Part shown: piece by piece, positions 54,701 to 63,374 of the stretch | How the letters are laid out: every line of letters begins with the position of its first letter | How positions within the stretch are numbered: position 1 is the first letter of the stretch | Source: Octopus sinensis | Taxonomy: Eukaryota | Direction of reading: 5' to 3' | DNA: 64,000 bases | Assembly (NCBI RefSeq): GCF_006345805.1 | Contig: NC_042998.1 | Location: forward strand, 144,708,001 to 144,772,000 | Position numbers and translations under genes: made by a program | The notes under the pieces: generated by a model | Database searches by the model: none | What the model was told of the DNA's origin: nothing | Seen by the model: the letters and a program-made list of their open reading frames with translations, nothing else

Positions 54701-57700
54701 GACTGCAACAGATATTAAATGTTTGAAGCACAGTGATAAAGTTGTAAAAAAGTAGAGTGTGGGGAACAACAAAAATGAAGAAAGAAAAAGGCATTGGAGG
54801 GGGACAATGCATACTTTGTACAGATAAATTTTTTGCAAATTATAGTGTGGCTTACAATGCGTCACTTAATCATGCTTTTTAATTGAAGTGAATTAAGCTT
54901 TGTACGTATTTGACTAAACTTGCTTATCAGGAAATTTATAAGTTCAATTAAATTTTTTTTTTAAAGTATCACCATTATAGGTATTTATACTCTGGTGAAA
55001 TTAAGAAATCAACTCATAAATAAATGAAAACCTTGAATCCATCACTGTATATACACACGCACACAGTCGCTTACCTAATCTATATATGTATTTATGTATG
55101 TTTGAAGATAAACCAAATTTTCATCATTTTGAGCCACCCACCCAATGAGTATTTCTGCCAAATGAAATACCAACATGAGTCTCCTCAGGGCAATGAGTCT
55201 TAAATTCCTCTATTATGACCTGGAGGACTATGATAAACAAGATTCTACTGAGAATCAATCTTTGGTAAACTCTGTAGTTGGTGCAAAGTACCCAACCAGA
55301 CCTACAGTGACATGGTGGTAGAACAGTGTAGTAGACAGAGCAATAAAAGCAAAGAAACAGGCCTCGAAGAGAGTTGTACCAGGTAGCTATAAGAGAAGCT
55401 AGATGATAAGTGTATTTAGCCAGGGGAGAAGTAGAAAGGAAGAAGTTTGCCAATGTTCTGCTGAGTGAGGACCAGAGGCTCGAGGTGTTCTGGATAGCAA
55501 GAAATATTCAATTTAAGACTCATTGCCCTTGTTCTTATAGCTGTATCTCTGCCAGAGTTTTATGAAGTTTTATGAAGAAGTTTTATGTATCGAAGTAAGG
55601 ACTGAAATCCAAAGGCCTTAGAATTAATTTAGTAAAGGACAAAGTACAAGTAAGGAGGAAAGCAGACAAATTACTAATCTTTTCAGGGAAATGGCCCTGT
55701 TTGATATGTAGAAAGGATATAGGTAGAAATTACATTTGGTGTACTCAGTGTAAGCTATGGTCACAAAAGAGGTGCAGTGGAATCACAGGAAGGTTAACAG
55801 AGAAAGTAGTCTTTGTGTGTAGTAGATGTGCAGGTACAATAAACACTAACAATGTACAGGAAATAGATTTCATCAAATGCCCAGGGGTATCCTTGGAGGT
55901 AGCAGATAGTTTTTGTTGCCTAGGTGACCAAATTAGCTGTGATGGAAGTTGCTCTGAAAGCATACTTACTAGAATAAGAACCAGCTGGGCAAAGTTCAGA
56001 GTTATTACCTTTGTTGTTAACAAAGAGTCTCTCCCTCAGAGTGAAAGACAAATTGTATGGACAGCTATACTATATGGTAGTGAAACACAGGCTATGACTG
56101 CAGAGGACATGTGAAGGCTTAAAAGAAAAGAAGCCATCATATGCTCCACTGGGTGTGCAATGTCAGAGTGCATATACAACAAAATATAAATGTTTTGAGA
56201 GAAAAATTGGGTATAAGAGGCATCAGTTGTCATGTACAAAAGAGAAGACTGTGCTGGTATAGTCATCTGATGTGTATGGATGAGGAAATCTGCATAAAGT
56301 GCTGATCTCTAAATGTGGAGGGAACCTGTGGAAGGGCAAGAGCCAGGAAGACATAGGATGAAGTGGTAAGAAGTGATCTTCAGATGTAGAGCCTCACAGA
56401 GGAAATGACAAGAGACTGTGACGATTGGTGATTTGTTGTGCTTGAGAAGACTCCATACAGCTAAGTAAAATCCATCCACATACCCCTTTCCACAACTCAC
56501 CCATGCTCACCCTGCTGTTTCCCACTCCCCTCTATTCTTCCTCATGTATCTAACTGCATACAATATGTCCTGGTTAAATCCCTTTTTCACACCATAACTG
56601 CCTAATACCCCTTCCCTCTACCGGTACCCACTCATATCTAGGTCCCACTCTCCTTTTGAAATTTTGAGAACCCACCCACTACTTACCCTCTCCAACCCTC
56701 ATTCCACTTTACTATACACACCACCCTGTAATTTGGGAGTACAGCCCCTGCCCACTCCTTGTCACATCTTCACAATCTTATTCTCTCTCTCTCTCCATCT
56801 GAGGTAAGCATGTTTCTCTTTTATGCAAGACACCTTTCCTGTCTCTCAATACTACTCCTCTCAGTCGAGGAGTCTTGTCCTGCTAGCTAAGTGGTGACGT
56901 CACTGCTGCTGGTGTCACATAAAAAGCACCCAATACACTCTGTAAAGTGGTTGGCATTAGGAAGGATAAGCAACCATGCCTAAACAGACAGCAGAGCTGG
57001 TGTAGTCTTCTGACATGCCAGTTCCTGACAAACCATTCTACCCATGCCAGAATCGAAAACGAATGTTAAATAATGAGGAAGACGACATATATAATGGGAA
57101 AACTTATGTCTACCTCATAACACATCAACTCATTTTATATAACTCACATGTCTTAAAAGCAGTTTGATTATTTCAACCTCTCAAATTTGACTTATAATGA
57201 AGTTTTAACTTCATTACATACATATATATCTCCTGTAGGACATTATATTTGTAAATTTTAATGGTGCTTAAATTCAATTCCATAAATGAGACTATATAGC
57301 AAAGAAGTGTGTTATGTCTATGTAGGCAAGTCTGAGTGCTGTTCCCATATCTCCTCACAAGCAATTGCTGCTTAAATATAATTATGTTACCATTGAAAAC
57401 AAAATAAAAATACATTTAGTTTCAGTCTTCAGTCTATGTTTCAAGACCAACTTCAATACTTTCTCAGCTATAAAGTCATTTACATACACACATACTTGGA
57501 ATTATTTTTCAAATCCTAAAACTACATTTTTTAATCTAATTTTTTAAAGAAAAATCTTTTAGAGAAGTAGGAAGGTAATGCTCATGGCACTTTACAAGGC
57601 CTTCAAGGCTGGTGGGAAGGAGGGAGCAAAACATCAAATAAAGGACCTGGCCTAAATTCTTGCAGCAGAACAGAGTTGATTCAACTAAAGACACACAAGA

Positions 57701-60700
57701 TGGCATGGGGTTGTGCTAAACAGGATGAGGGATTAAGTATACAGAGCACAAAGATTATGGTGAGATTTGAACTCAGAATACATAGGGCCTGATCAAATAC
57801 CAAAGGTATCAGGTTTGATATTCTTAGAGTTTCAACAATCTCCTGCCCTGGATTAGTGTCATTTTTTTTTAATCAACCCTGAAAACATGAAAAGCAAAGT
57901 TGTCCAGGGTAGGATTTGAACTCAGAACACAAAGGTTCAGAATAAATACAGTTAGGCATTCTTGTCCAATGCTCTGATAACTCTGCCAAAGCATTTCACA
58001 GCAATATATATTTCCTGTACAGTGAGAAGGTATATTTACAAGTGTGGTAGGAATCTTATAGGACTTGTAAGTGGAGAAACTAATTTTTCTTATGTCTGTA
58101 TGAATCACAAGAGCCTCGTTATTCTATGTAAATGTAATCTTGTATCTCAGCTGCTGTCGCCACCGCTGCACAAACAGATGCTGCAGTCAAGCATAAATAA
58201 CTGCAATTTTTCCAATGATTATATTACCCAATATATTCACTAAGGGCAAAAGCACTTCATACATACAGTCATAGATCAGAGGGAATCTTTTCCTACATAT
58301 TACATACATGTGTGTAGGGGGTGACTTAATTACGTCTCTTTACATACGCTTATACATCTTAAAGCAGACTAGCTATTGTTCCCCTCAATTTCACTTCTAT
58401 AATGAAGTCTTAGCTTCAATAAATATATTTTTTAGCTAAAGTTTTTTCGTATTTTGCTCCATTGCCATAAAAGTGAAGAATGTGTGAGAATAACTTTACC
58501 AATCATCAACATTTTAATGTGCACTTTTCCATGCTTGCATGGGTCAGATAGAGTTTATTGAGGCAGATTTGCGAGTGGATGCCTTCCCTGTTACCAGGCC
58601 TCACCAAACAAAGTGATATTTCCCTATGGTTAGGCAAGTTTTTTCACAGAATGTCACTGCTTGCATGACGGTGATGTGACACAAGCATATACATACAAAC
58701 ACACGATAAATTTCTTTCAGTTTCTGTCTACCAAATCCACTAACAAAGCTTTGGTTGGCTCAGAGCTATCATAGAAGACACTTTCTCAAGGTGCTAACAA
58801 TAGATAGGTAGAGATATGTGCATATGTATTTAGATACATGTTTGTTTCTTTGTTTGCTTTTGTGTGTGTAATGAAAGAGAAGTGGAGAGATGTAGTTAAA
58901 TTGAACAAAACTCTTCTTTCCTCTCTGTATGCTCAAACCATAAAAAAGTCAGGAAACCAGCAGAAGATAGAAATATTACATTGCATTACCTGCAACTGGT
59001 TACGCAGCTGCTTCACTTCTTCTTGGTAGGTATTCACCTGTTGGAGTAAGCTTAACTTCAGTTCAGCATTAGATTTTTCTTTAGTTTTCAGTTTATTTGA
59101 TTCATCTTCCAAAACCTACCAAAACCAAATGCAAACATTATAAGAAACAAATACAACTTTTAAACCCTTCCCCCAACCAAAAAACCAGCAAGTCATTAAT
59201 TAACTGACAAAAGAGATGACAGTTTGTATCTTGTCTCAAATGAGAAAGCCACTAGGGTCTCTAGAATTAACAGCCAAAGCTTCCTCAAATCACACAGCTG
59301 ATGTGATGTACACTGGCACAGGAGTGGCTGTGAAGCTAAGAAGTTCACTTCCCAAACATAGCTTTGGGTCCAATTTCCGTGTGTGTCACCTTGAGCAAGT
59401 ATCTTCTGCTATAGCTCCAGGCCAACCAAAGCCTTGTGAGTGAATTTGGTAGATGGAAACTAACAAGGCATCATTGATTATATGTTATCAGCATCATCAT
59501 TTTGATGTCCACTTTTCCATGCTCGAATGGGTTGGATAATGTATAACAGAGGCAGATGTTGGATGTCTTCCTTGACACCAAACCTCATGTTTCCAAGCAA
59601 GGTACTATTTCCTGCTTGGCCACAGATGTTCTTGCAGAATATTGGAAATGAATGAAGCTACTTGTTTGATTGTCATACTCATTAACAACTATTGTGTGAT
59701 GCCAAGGCAAGGAGAGACAAACACACACACAACAGGCTTCTTCCAGTTTCCATCTACTAAATCCAATCACAAAGCTTTGGTTGGTCTAGGGCTATAGTAC
59801 AAGACACTTGCACAAGGTACCATGCAGTGGGACTGAACCCTGTATCATGTGGTTGGGAAGCAAGTTTCTCAGCACACAGCCATATATCATCATCACTTTT
59901 AATGTCCACATTTCCATGTTTGCATAAATTGGAAGGAATTTATTAATATAGACTGTCAATAGCTGGAAACCATTCTTGTCACCAACACTCACCAGTTTCC
60001 AAGAAAGGTAATATTTCCCCATGGCTAGACATGTTTTCAGAGAATATTGGAACTGAATGACACTGCTTGTATGACAGTGACACTCTTATAACTATTATGT
60101 GATGTCAGGACAAGGAGGCATGCACACAAACAAGCTTCTTTCAGTTTCCTTCCTCTAAATCCACTTACAAGGCTTTCAATTTTGATACTCGTGCTTCTAT
60201 CAAAGAAAGCCTGTATTTTCTTGTAGTCTCAATCTATTGTTAACACCTTTTGTTGTACACCACACAGATCACAGCGAGAGAGAGAGAGAAAGAGAGAGAG
60301 AGATGATGATGATGATGATGGAGAGTGTTGAAGTGGATATATGATGAGAACGGATGCTGGAATTCTGAGGATAAAAATTCTGTTAGCCAACACTTTACTG
60401 CTATTTCAGTAACATTCTAGGAAAAATCTTCCTAGAGTAAGGTAATTACTGTAGATCTTAAGAAGCTATAAAGATGTAAGCATAAAGATAAATCAAGAGC
60501 TGGTTTGTAGATTTACATAAGCCCATGAATGCATGTAAAAGCTTATCCAATACAGATGATTATCATAAGCATGATTTATTAAACCAGTGAAAATACAGAC
60601 CTTTATTTTTAATTCCAGATCTTCAGAAATTCTCTTCCAAGTCATTTCTTGATTATCAGCTTTTTCTAATAATTCCTAAAATGTAAAAGGAAAAGAATAG

Positions 60701-63374
60701 TTAGTGTATTTCCATTCTCCATTCAGATTTTCCAAAGTCATTCCCAAGCAGTTTGAGAAAAGAGCAATAACAATTATTTGATGACAAGTTCAGGCCAGAA
60801 AATTCACCCAGAGATTCAGATCTTGATGCAAGTATATAATAGTGTTTTATTCTAGTAAACTACATTTACACAATCAGAAATGGCTTCTACAAAGAAGTTC
60901 AATCTGTAATGGTAATGTCACAGGCAGATCCTCCCAACAACCATCAAAGTCAACTAGGCCAGATTTATTCTAACCCTAACTATAATCCACACATTATATC
61001 TAGAGGGTTGATCAATTAACTGAAACTGAGTTTTACTTCATAGTTATCTGTTGGGTAGCTCCTAGCTGGTTTTTAACAGAAGTTTTAACATCCACATCAG
61101 TAGAAAGTTACTATTCCATGTGTTCTAGCTATGCTCTGTCCATGTTTGGCATATTGTATAAGTTTCATCCTTGTAAGAATGAGAAGGGGAATATAAGATA
61201 GAGTGGCTGTTTTATGTGAGGTGCTGATAGAAGTATAATGGGAGGAACAGATATATTGTGAGGGAGTGGTAGTGAACAGTAACACAAAAGACAGTGTTGA
61301 TGGTGATGGGGGGAGGAGAATAATGGAAGAGACAGGAGCAAGGGTAAGGGATACTGAAGTAGGAGGAGATAATGAGAAAGAGAAAAAGAGAGTGATGTGG
61401 ATAATAAGGTGGGTCGAGTGGGGGGGACCTCATGTTGTCCCACATTATGTGTGTGTGTGTAGTACACACACACACACATATACACATGCAAACTCAGAGG
61501 ATAATAGAAAGACCACAATTTCAAGTTGTCAAATGGTGGTGGTGGTGGACAAACACAGACACACACATATATATATATATTACACACACTAAGCTTCCAC
61601 AGAGTTTCTGTCTACCAAATTCAACCATGAAGGATTGGTCAACCTGTAGCAATAGTAAAAGATACTTGCCCAAGATGCCACACAGTGGAACTGAATGTGA
61701 AACTATAGAATTACAAATCAAGCTTCTTATCCACATAGCTATGCCTACGCCTATAAGAGTACATATGTCTGCAGAGGGATTTGAACCTGTGATCCTCAGA
61801 TCACTATTGGATTAGTCTTAAAAGGTTAAATATTCATTTATTATTTTATTTATTTCAGTCATTTGACTGTGGTCATGCTGGAGCACCATCTTGAAGGATT
61901 TTAGTCAAACAAATCGACCCCAGAACTTATTGTTTCAGCCTAGTACTTATTCTATTGGTCTCTTTTGCTGAATTGCTAAGTTACGGGGATGTAAACACAT
62001 CAACACTGGTTGTCAAATGGTGATGGGGGGGGGGGGACAAACACAAATGGCTTCTTTCAGTTTCTGTCTATCAAATCTACTCACATGGCTTAGGTTGGTC
62101 CTAGGCTATAGTAGAAGACACTTGCTCGAAGTGTCATACAGTGGAACTGAACCCAGAACCATGTGGTTGGGAAGCAAGCTTCTTACCACACAGCTACACC
62201 TGCACCTTTCTGACTAATATTAATTCTAATAAATCTAACTTGAAATTTGACAGCACAATTACATTTATTTTTTATTATGCTTTGACAATTGGAAAGGAAC
62301 AATAGTAAAACAAGACCATTTATGTTGTAATGAAGGATGATAAAAATAATGTGGATAACAATGAAACTAGGTTAGAAGCTTTATTGTTGCCTAATTAGGA
62401 ACAATAACATTTCTGAGTGCCACATAGGAATAGGTGTGGCTATGTGGATAAGAAGCTGGTTTCCAGACCATGTTATCTCAGGTTCAATCCCTCAGTGTGT
62501 ACTCAGGGCAAGTATCTTCTACTATAAAGTCAAACTGGTCAAAACCTTATGAGTGGATTTGAAAGATGGTAACTGGAAGAAGTTAATCATATGTGTGTGT
62601 GTGTGTGTGTGTGACATCCAGAAAAGGATGGTCTTTGTCATACAGGTGATGTTCAGCTCTAGTCTTCTATGAAAAATATATCTGATCAAGGGGGATATAT
62701 TATCTTGCCTACAAATAGGTGAGGGTTGGTGACAAGAAGGATGTATAGCTGTAGAAAACTTATCTCCTTTAACAAATTGCAAGGAAAGAAAAGTGGATGT
62801 TAAAATGATGATGATGATGATGAGAGGAAAACCAGAAAAGGATGATCTTAGAGGAAGCTTGCATATTGTATAGCAATATTTGATAAGATGAGAAAGAGAA
62901 TTTAGAATGGTAAGAGTTTTCTCTAAATATCAGATATATATATGTAGGGTCTTGTCTTGCCACTTAGAGACCACACTAATGCCAACATGAACTAAAAAGC
63001 ACCCAGTACACTCTGTAAAATGGTTGGCATTAAGAAGAACATCCTGTCATAGAAACCATGGCAAAGCAGACATTAGAGTTTGATGCAGTCCTCTGACTCA
63101 CCATCTCCTGTTGAACTACCCAACTCATGCTACTATAAAAATTGGATGATGAGACTCATGAAACTAATGTGGAAGAAATTTAACAACTGACCATTAGACT
63201 GGTCAAGTGTTGAATTCCTACATATAAATATAATAAATATATAGAAGGAATAGCACAATGAAAATATACCTTTATTAATTTATCCTGGTGTGCAATAGTT
63301 TTCTGGTTCTCAGCCAATTCATCCTTCAGTGACTCAGTTGAATCAGATAACCATTTGTCACTAGCCATCTGCTT
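11796..63374 (-). CDS. Partial multi-exon gene (17 internal exons, ~482 aa visible) encoding a long coiled-coil protein with a myosin-tail-like 28-aa repeat; extends beyond the traced exons
   Basis: 17 short open segments bounded by AG...GT (one GC) on the minus strand, all phase 0, joining without stops into an E/K/L/Q-rich heptad sequence. Repeat consensus xLExQLExExxx(R/K)KxxENKE(Q/R)RLxDKIK. Confidence 0.9.
12315..12519. mobile_element. piggyBac-type MITE
   Basis: TTAA|cccttttg ... caaaaggg|TTAA. Confidence 0.7.
12682..13480. repeat. Tandem array of a 295-296 bp unit, ~2.7 near-identical copies
   Basis: tttatcttactattttattcgttg recurs at 12686, 12981 and 13277. Confidence 0.95.
13793..14138. 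repeat. ~182-bp tandem duplication in a C-rich tract
   Basis: ttaggaacctacaccaacccttcctgcc at 13801 and 13983. Confidence 0.9.
14250..14517 (+). mobile_element. RTE-type 3' end module with (GAT)n tail
   Basis: Matches 43310-43551 (ggtggcacgtaaaaagcacc...ggaaagcggacgttaaacgatgatg). Confidence 0.85.
14950..15220 (-). mobile_element. Possible old hAT (Charlie/Buster-like) transposase remnant
   Basis: Degenerate resemblance to the LC..MG.E...LL.HTEVRWLSRG region; heavily mutated. Confidence 0.3.
15930..16440 (+). mobile_element. Old LINE (RTE-like) C-terminal remnant
   Basis: IWKFNL.VKTKIDFFRAAAESI resembles the post-RT region of RTE ORF2. Confidence 0.5.
17676..17759 (-). CDS. Exon P (84 nt, LLKDEVRSYSSKEKLGESHEKHLKSRIE), non-canonical GC donor
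   Basis: Exactly 84 nt, open, heptad register matches the sister exons; acceptor ttattatcaag, donor GAG|gctagt. Confidence 0.65.
18170..18405 (+). mobile_element. RTE RT-domain remnant
   Basis: Nucleotide similarity to ~42000-42250 (caaggatcagtcctca..ccc; aacttagcaaa). Confidence 0.6.
18781..19155 (+). mobile_element. tRNA-derived SINE
   Basis: Head, core and tail match the 6228-6636 family. Confidence 0.75.
19200..20170 (+). mobile_element. Possible highly degenerate Penelope-like remnant
   Basis: Weak RT-thumb and GIY-YIG-like fragments, and a CTGATGA box at 20121 in the position expected for a 3' hammerhead. Confidence 0.3.
20500..21721 (-). mobile_element. Near full-length mariner (DD34D) transposon, inactivated
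   Basis: TIR ttgggtcatcccataaataat at both ends, TA TSD; transposase pieces with IVTGDEKW, NARPH and YLPDIAPPDYHLF in shifted frames. Confidence 0.93.
21732..22069 (-). mobile_element. Second, young tRNA-derived SINE family inserted in (TA)n
   Basis: Head ggcgcgtggctcagtggttagagcg (A-box), then ttcttgagcaagacactt; CpG-rich. Confidence 0.8.
22092..22909 (-). mobile_element. Internally deleted Tc1/mariner element (maT/DD37D-like)
   Basis: TIRs cagggtattcaggctaaatttga / tcaaatttagactaaacaccctg; minus strand reads MKTKLPQIVMVFG and WPPNSPDCNPMDY. Confidence 0.8.
23143..23554 (-). mobile_element. Young tRNA-derived SINE
   Basis: Closely matches 10697-11108. Confidence 0.85.
23612..23686 (-). 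CDS. Exon O (75 nt, DLEQQMDKKDKQADATEKQLEEKIK)
   Basis: Acceptor ttttattttag, donor AAG|gtatgt. Confidence 0.9.
24842..24925 (-). CDS. Exon N (84 nt, GLESQVSNDEMTKHQLENRVAQLQERIK)
   Basis: Acceptor ttgtattttag, donor AAA|gtaagt. Confidence 0.9.
25156..25369. mobile_element. piggyBac-type MITE
   Basis: TTAA|ccctttagcatt ... aatgctaaaggg|tt. Confidence 0.7.
25838..26699. repeat. Inverted duplication of a chimeric SINE-head segment (~180-bp core arms)
   Basis: 25838-26019 is the reverse complement of 26518-26699, including non-SINE junction sequence. Confidence 0.8.
27383..27466 (-). CDS. Exon M (84 nt, DLENQLEKESSCKSSLENKERRLLDKVK)
   Basis: Acceptor gtttcacag, donor AAA|gtaagt. Confidence 0.9.
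27560..28520 (+). mobile_element. Old LINE RT remnant (RTE-like, distinct family)
   Basis: GIRQGDTLIPFLLVIVEDY, DYAGDL and DFKY motifs, with frameshifts. Confidence 0.7.
28789..28872 (-). CDS. Exon L (84 nt, QLETQLEKESSDRKLAENKDRRNQDRIR)
   Basis: Acceptor tgtttccatag, donor CGG|gtacgt. Confidence 0.9.
29281..29364 (-). CDS. Exon K (84 nt, SLENKLDDITSSKKQFENKDRRNLEKIK)
   Basis: Acceptor atttttgtag, donor AAG|gtaaaa. Confidence 0.9.
31167..31250 (-). CDS. Exon J (84 nt, AYEHDLEQEKIGRKLAENKEKRLQESVK)
   Basis: Acceptor tcttttacag, donor AAG|gtaaat. Confidence 0.9.
31520..31914 (-). mobile_element. Non-autonomous Helitron
   Basis: Minus strand A|TC start, subterminal hairpin cccgagc-aac-gccggg, CTAG|T end, no TSD; internal ~100-bp duplication. 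Confidence 0.85.
32400..32482 (-). ncRNA. Type I hammerhead ribozyme candidate, intronic, sense to the host gene
   Basis: tcct CTGACGA ga(long stem II)tc GAAA cagctg TA aggg; palindromic stem III ACAGCUGU. Confidence 0.7.
33755..33838 (-). CDS. Exon I (84 nt, NLENQLESVESGKRTLENKEQRLTDKIK)
   Basis: Acceptor ttctctttcag, donor AAG|gtaaga. Confidence 0.9.
34636..35012 (+). mobile_element. Diverged tRNA-derived SINE
   Basis: Head, core and tail similar to 6228-6636. Confidence 0.65.
36923..37006 (-). CDS. Exon H (84 nt, TLGTELDHANAGRKMVESKEQQLIDKIK)
   Basis: Acceptor cctattgcag, donor AAA|gtaagt. Confidence 0.9.
37228..38408 (+). mobile_element. Pyrimidine-rich RTE-type 3' UTR ending in the shared (GAT)n-tailed module
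   Basis: CT-rich tract with short internal duplications, then aaaagcaccc...ggaagggcatcc...atgatgatga. Confidence 0.55.
38612..38856 (+). mobile_element. 3' fragment of the same mariner family as 20500-21721
   Basis: Reverse complement of ~20500-20740, including the TIR attatttatgggatgacc. Confidence 0.85.
38870..39730. mobile_element. Two RTE 3'-end fragments tail to tail (plus ~38870-39150; minus ~39160-39730)
   Basis: Similar to 43050-43210 and to the reverse complement of 42800-43551. Confidence 0.7.
40438..43551 (+). mobile_element. RTE-clade LINE, 5'-truncated, relatively young, inserted in (TA)n
   Basis: APE motifs (GDFNGHVG, SQIDY, QHRLV), RT motifs (KAPGPSG, YRGIKLL, QFGF, FVDLEKAFD, QGSVLSP, YADD, FRYLG), RTE C-terminus and (GAT)n tail. 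Disrupted by frameshifts at ~40640, ~42745 and ~42958 and a TGA at 41430. Confidence 0.95.
44319..44402 (-). CDS. Exon G (84 nt, ELENQLDQENVDNKLLESKEQRLLEELK)
   Basis: Acceptor gtttcacag, donor AAG|gtaagc. Confidence 0.9.
44505..44712 (-). mobile_element. Short third SINE family (also ~32720-32850, ~50195-50400, ~57870-57990)
   Basis: Recurrent motif gaaaggatgaaa..caaagttgacc..ggaatttgaactcagaac. Confidence 0.6.
47892..47966 (-). CDS. Exon F (75 nt, ELENILDDKENLKANNEQRLLTKIK)
   Basis: Acceptor aaaaccttag, donor AAG|gtgagt; repeat unit short by 3 residues. Confidence 0.85.
48045..48402 (+). mobile_element. Diverged SINE with (GAT)n tail
   Basis: Head of the dominant family plus aagtggatattaaatgatgatga end. 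Confidence 0.6.
50036..50119 (-). CDS. Exon E (84 nt, ELRKQLEKKSNEKELSDEREKQHLRKIK)
   Basis: Acceptor tttttttcag, donor AAG|gtcaat, fits the 28-aa repeat. Confidence 0.85.
50453..50518 (-). CDS. Exon D (66 nt, AVTDKITRDEESVTLVLENKIE)
   Basis: Acceptor atattttcag, donor GAG|gtaaga, phase 0-0. Confidence 0.8.
50616..51467 (-). mobile_element. Internally deleted mariner (irritans-like)
   Basis: TIR-like ends ggtggtatcaaacggttc / gaactttttgataccatc; N-terminus KQRANVKFCIK; C-terminal fragment ending YFEGD. Confidence 0.75.
51505..51927 (-). mobile_element. tRNA-derived SINE with internal (TA)n
   Basis: Full head, core and tail match to 10697-11108. Confidence 0.8.
53513..53677. mobile_element. 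hAT (Charlie-type) MITE
   Basis: TIRs cagtggttccaaacct / aggttgggaaccactg with perfect 8-bp TSD atctaatg. Confidence 0.9.
53968..54525 (-). mobile_element. RTE 3' fragment
   Basis: ORF MLCWMCNASVH..VSALRGKLDVRSIRCGVQERQLHWYGHV is homologous to 42755-42985. Confidence 0.85.
55310..57085 (+). mobile_element. Older, deleted RTE copy with zinc finger, pyrimidine-rich 3' UTR and tail module
   Basis: Homologous to 41030-41240 and 42190-43080; followed by a CT-rich tract and the aaaaagcaccc tail module. Confidence 0.85.
58990..59115 (-). CDS. Exon C (126 nt, VLEDESNKLKTKEKSNAELKLSLLQQVNTYQEEVKQLRNQLQ)
   Basis: Acceptor ttggttttggtag, donor CAG|gtaatg, 6 heptads, open frame. Confidence 0.85.
59320..60175. 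mobile_element. Cluster of SINE copies in both orientations
   Basis: Plus-strand head at ~59325-59465; minus-strand copies at ~59490-59885 and ~59885-60175. Confidence 0.65.
60601..60675 (-). CDS. Exon B (75 nt, ELLEKADNQEMTWKRISEDLELKIK)
   Basis: Acceptor ttttacattttag, donor AAG|gtctgt, ends in KIK like the sister exons. Confidence 0.8.
61845..62823. mobile_element. Divergent SINE pair (minus ~61845-62207, plus ~62430-62823)
   Basis: Family head, core and tail motifs in opposite orientations. Confidence 0.7.
63270..63374 (-). CDS. Coiled-coil gene exon A (105 nt, KQMASDKWLSDSTESLKDELAENQKTIAHQDKLIK)
   Basis: Acceptor tttgtgtttctag, donor AAG|gtatat, phase 0-0, 5 heptads. Confidence 0.8.
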
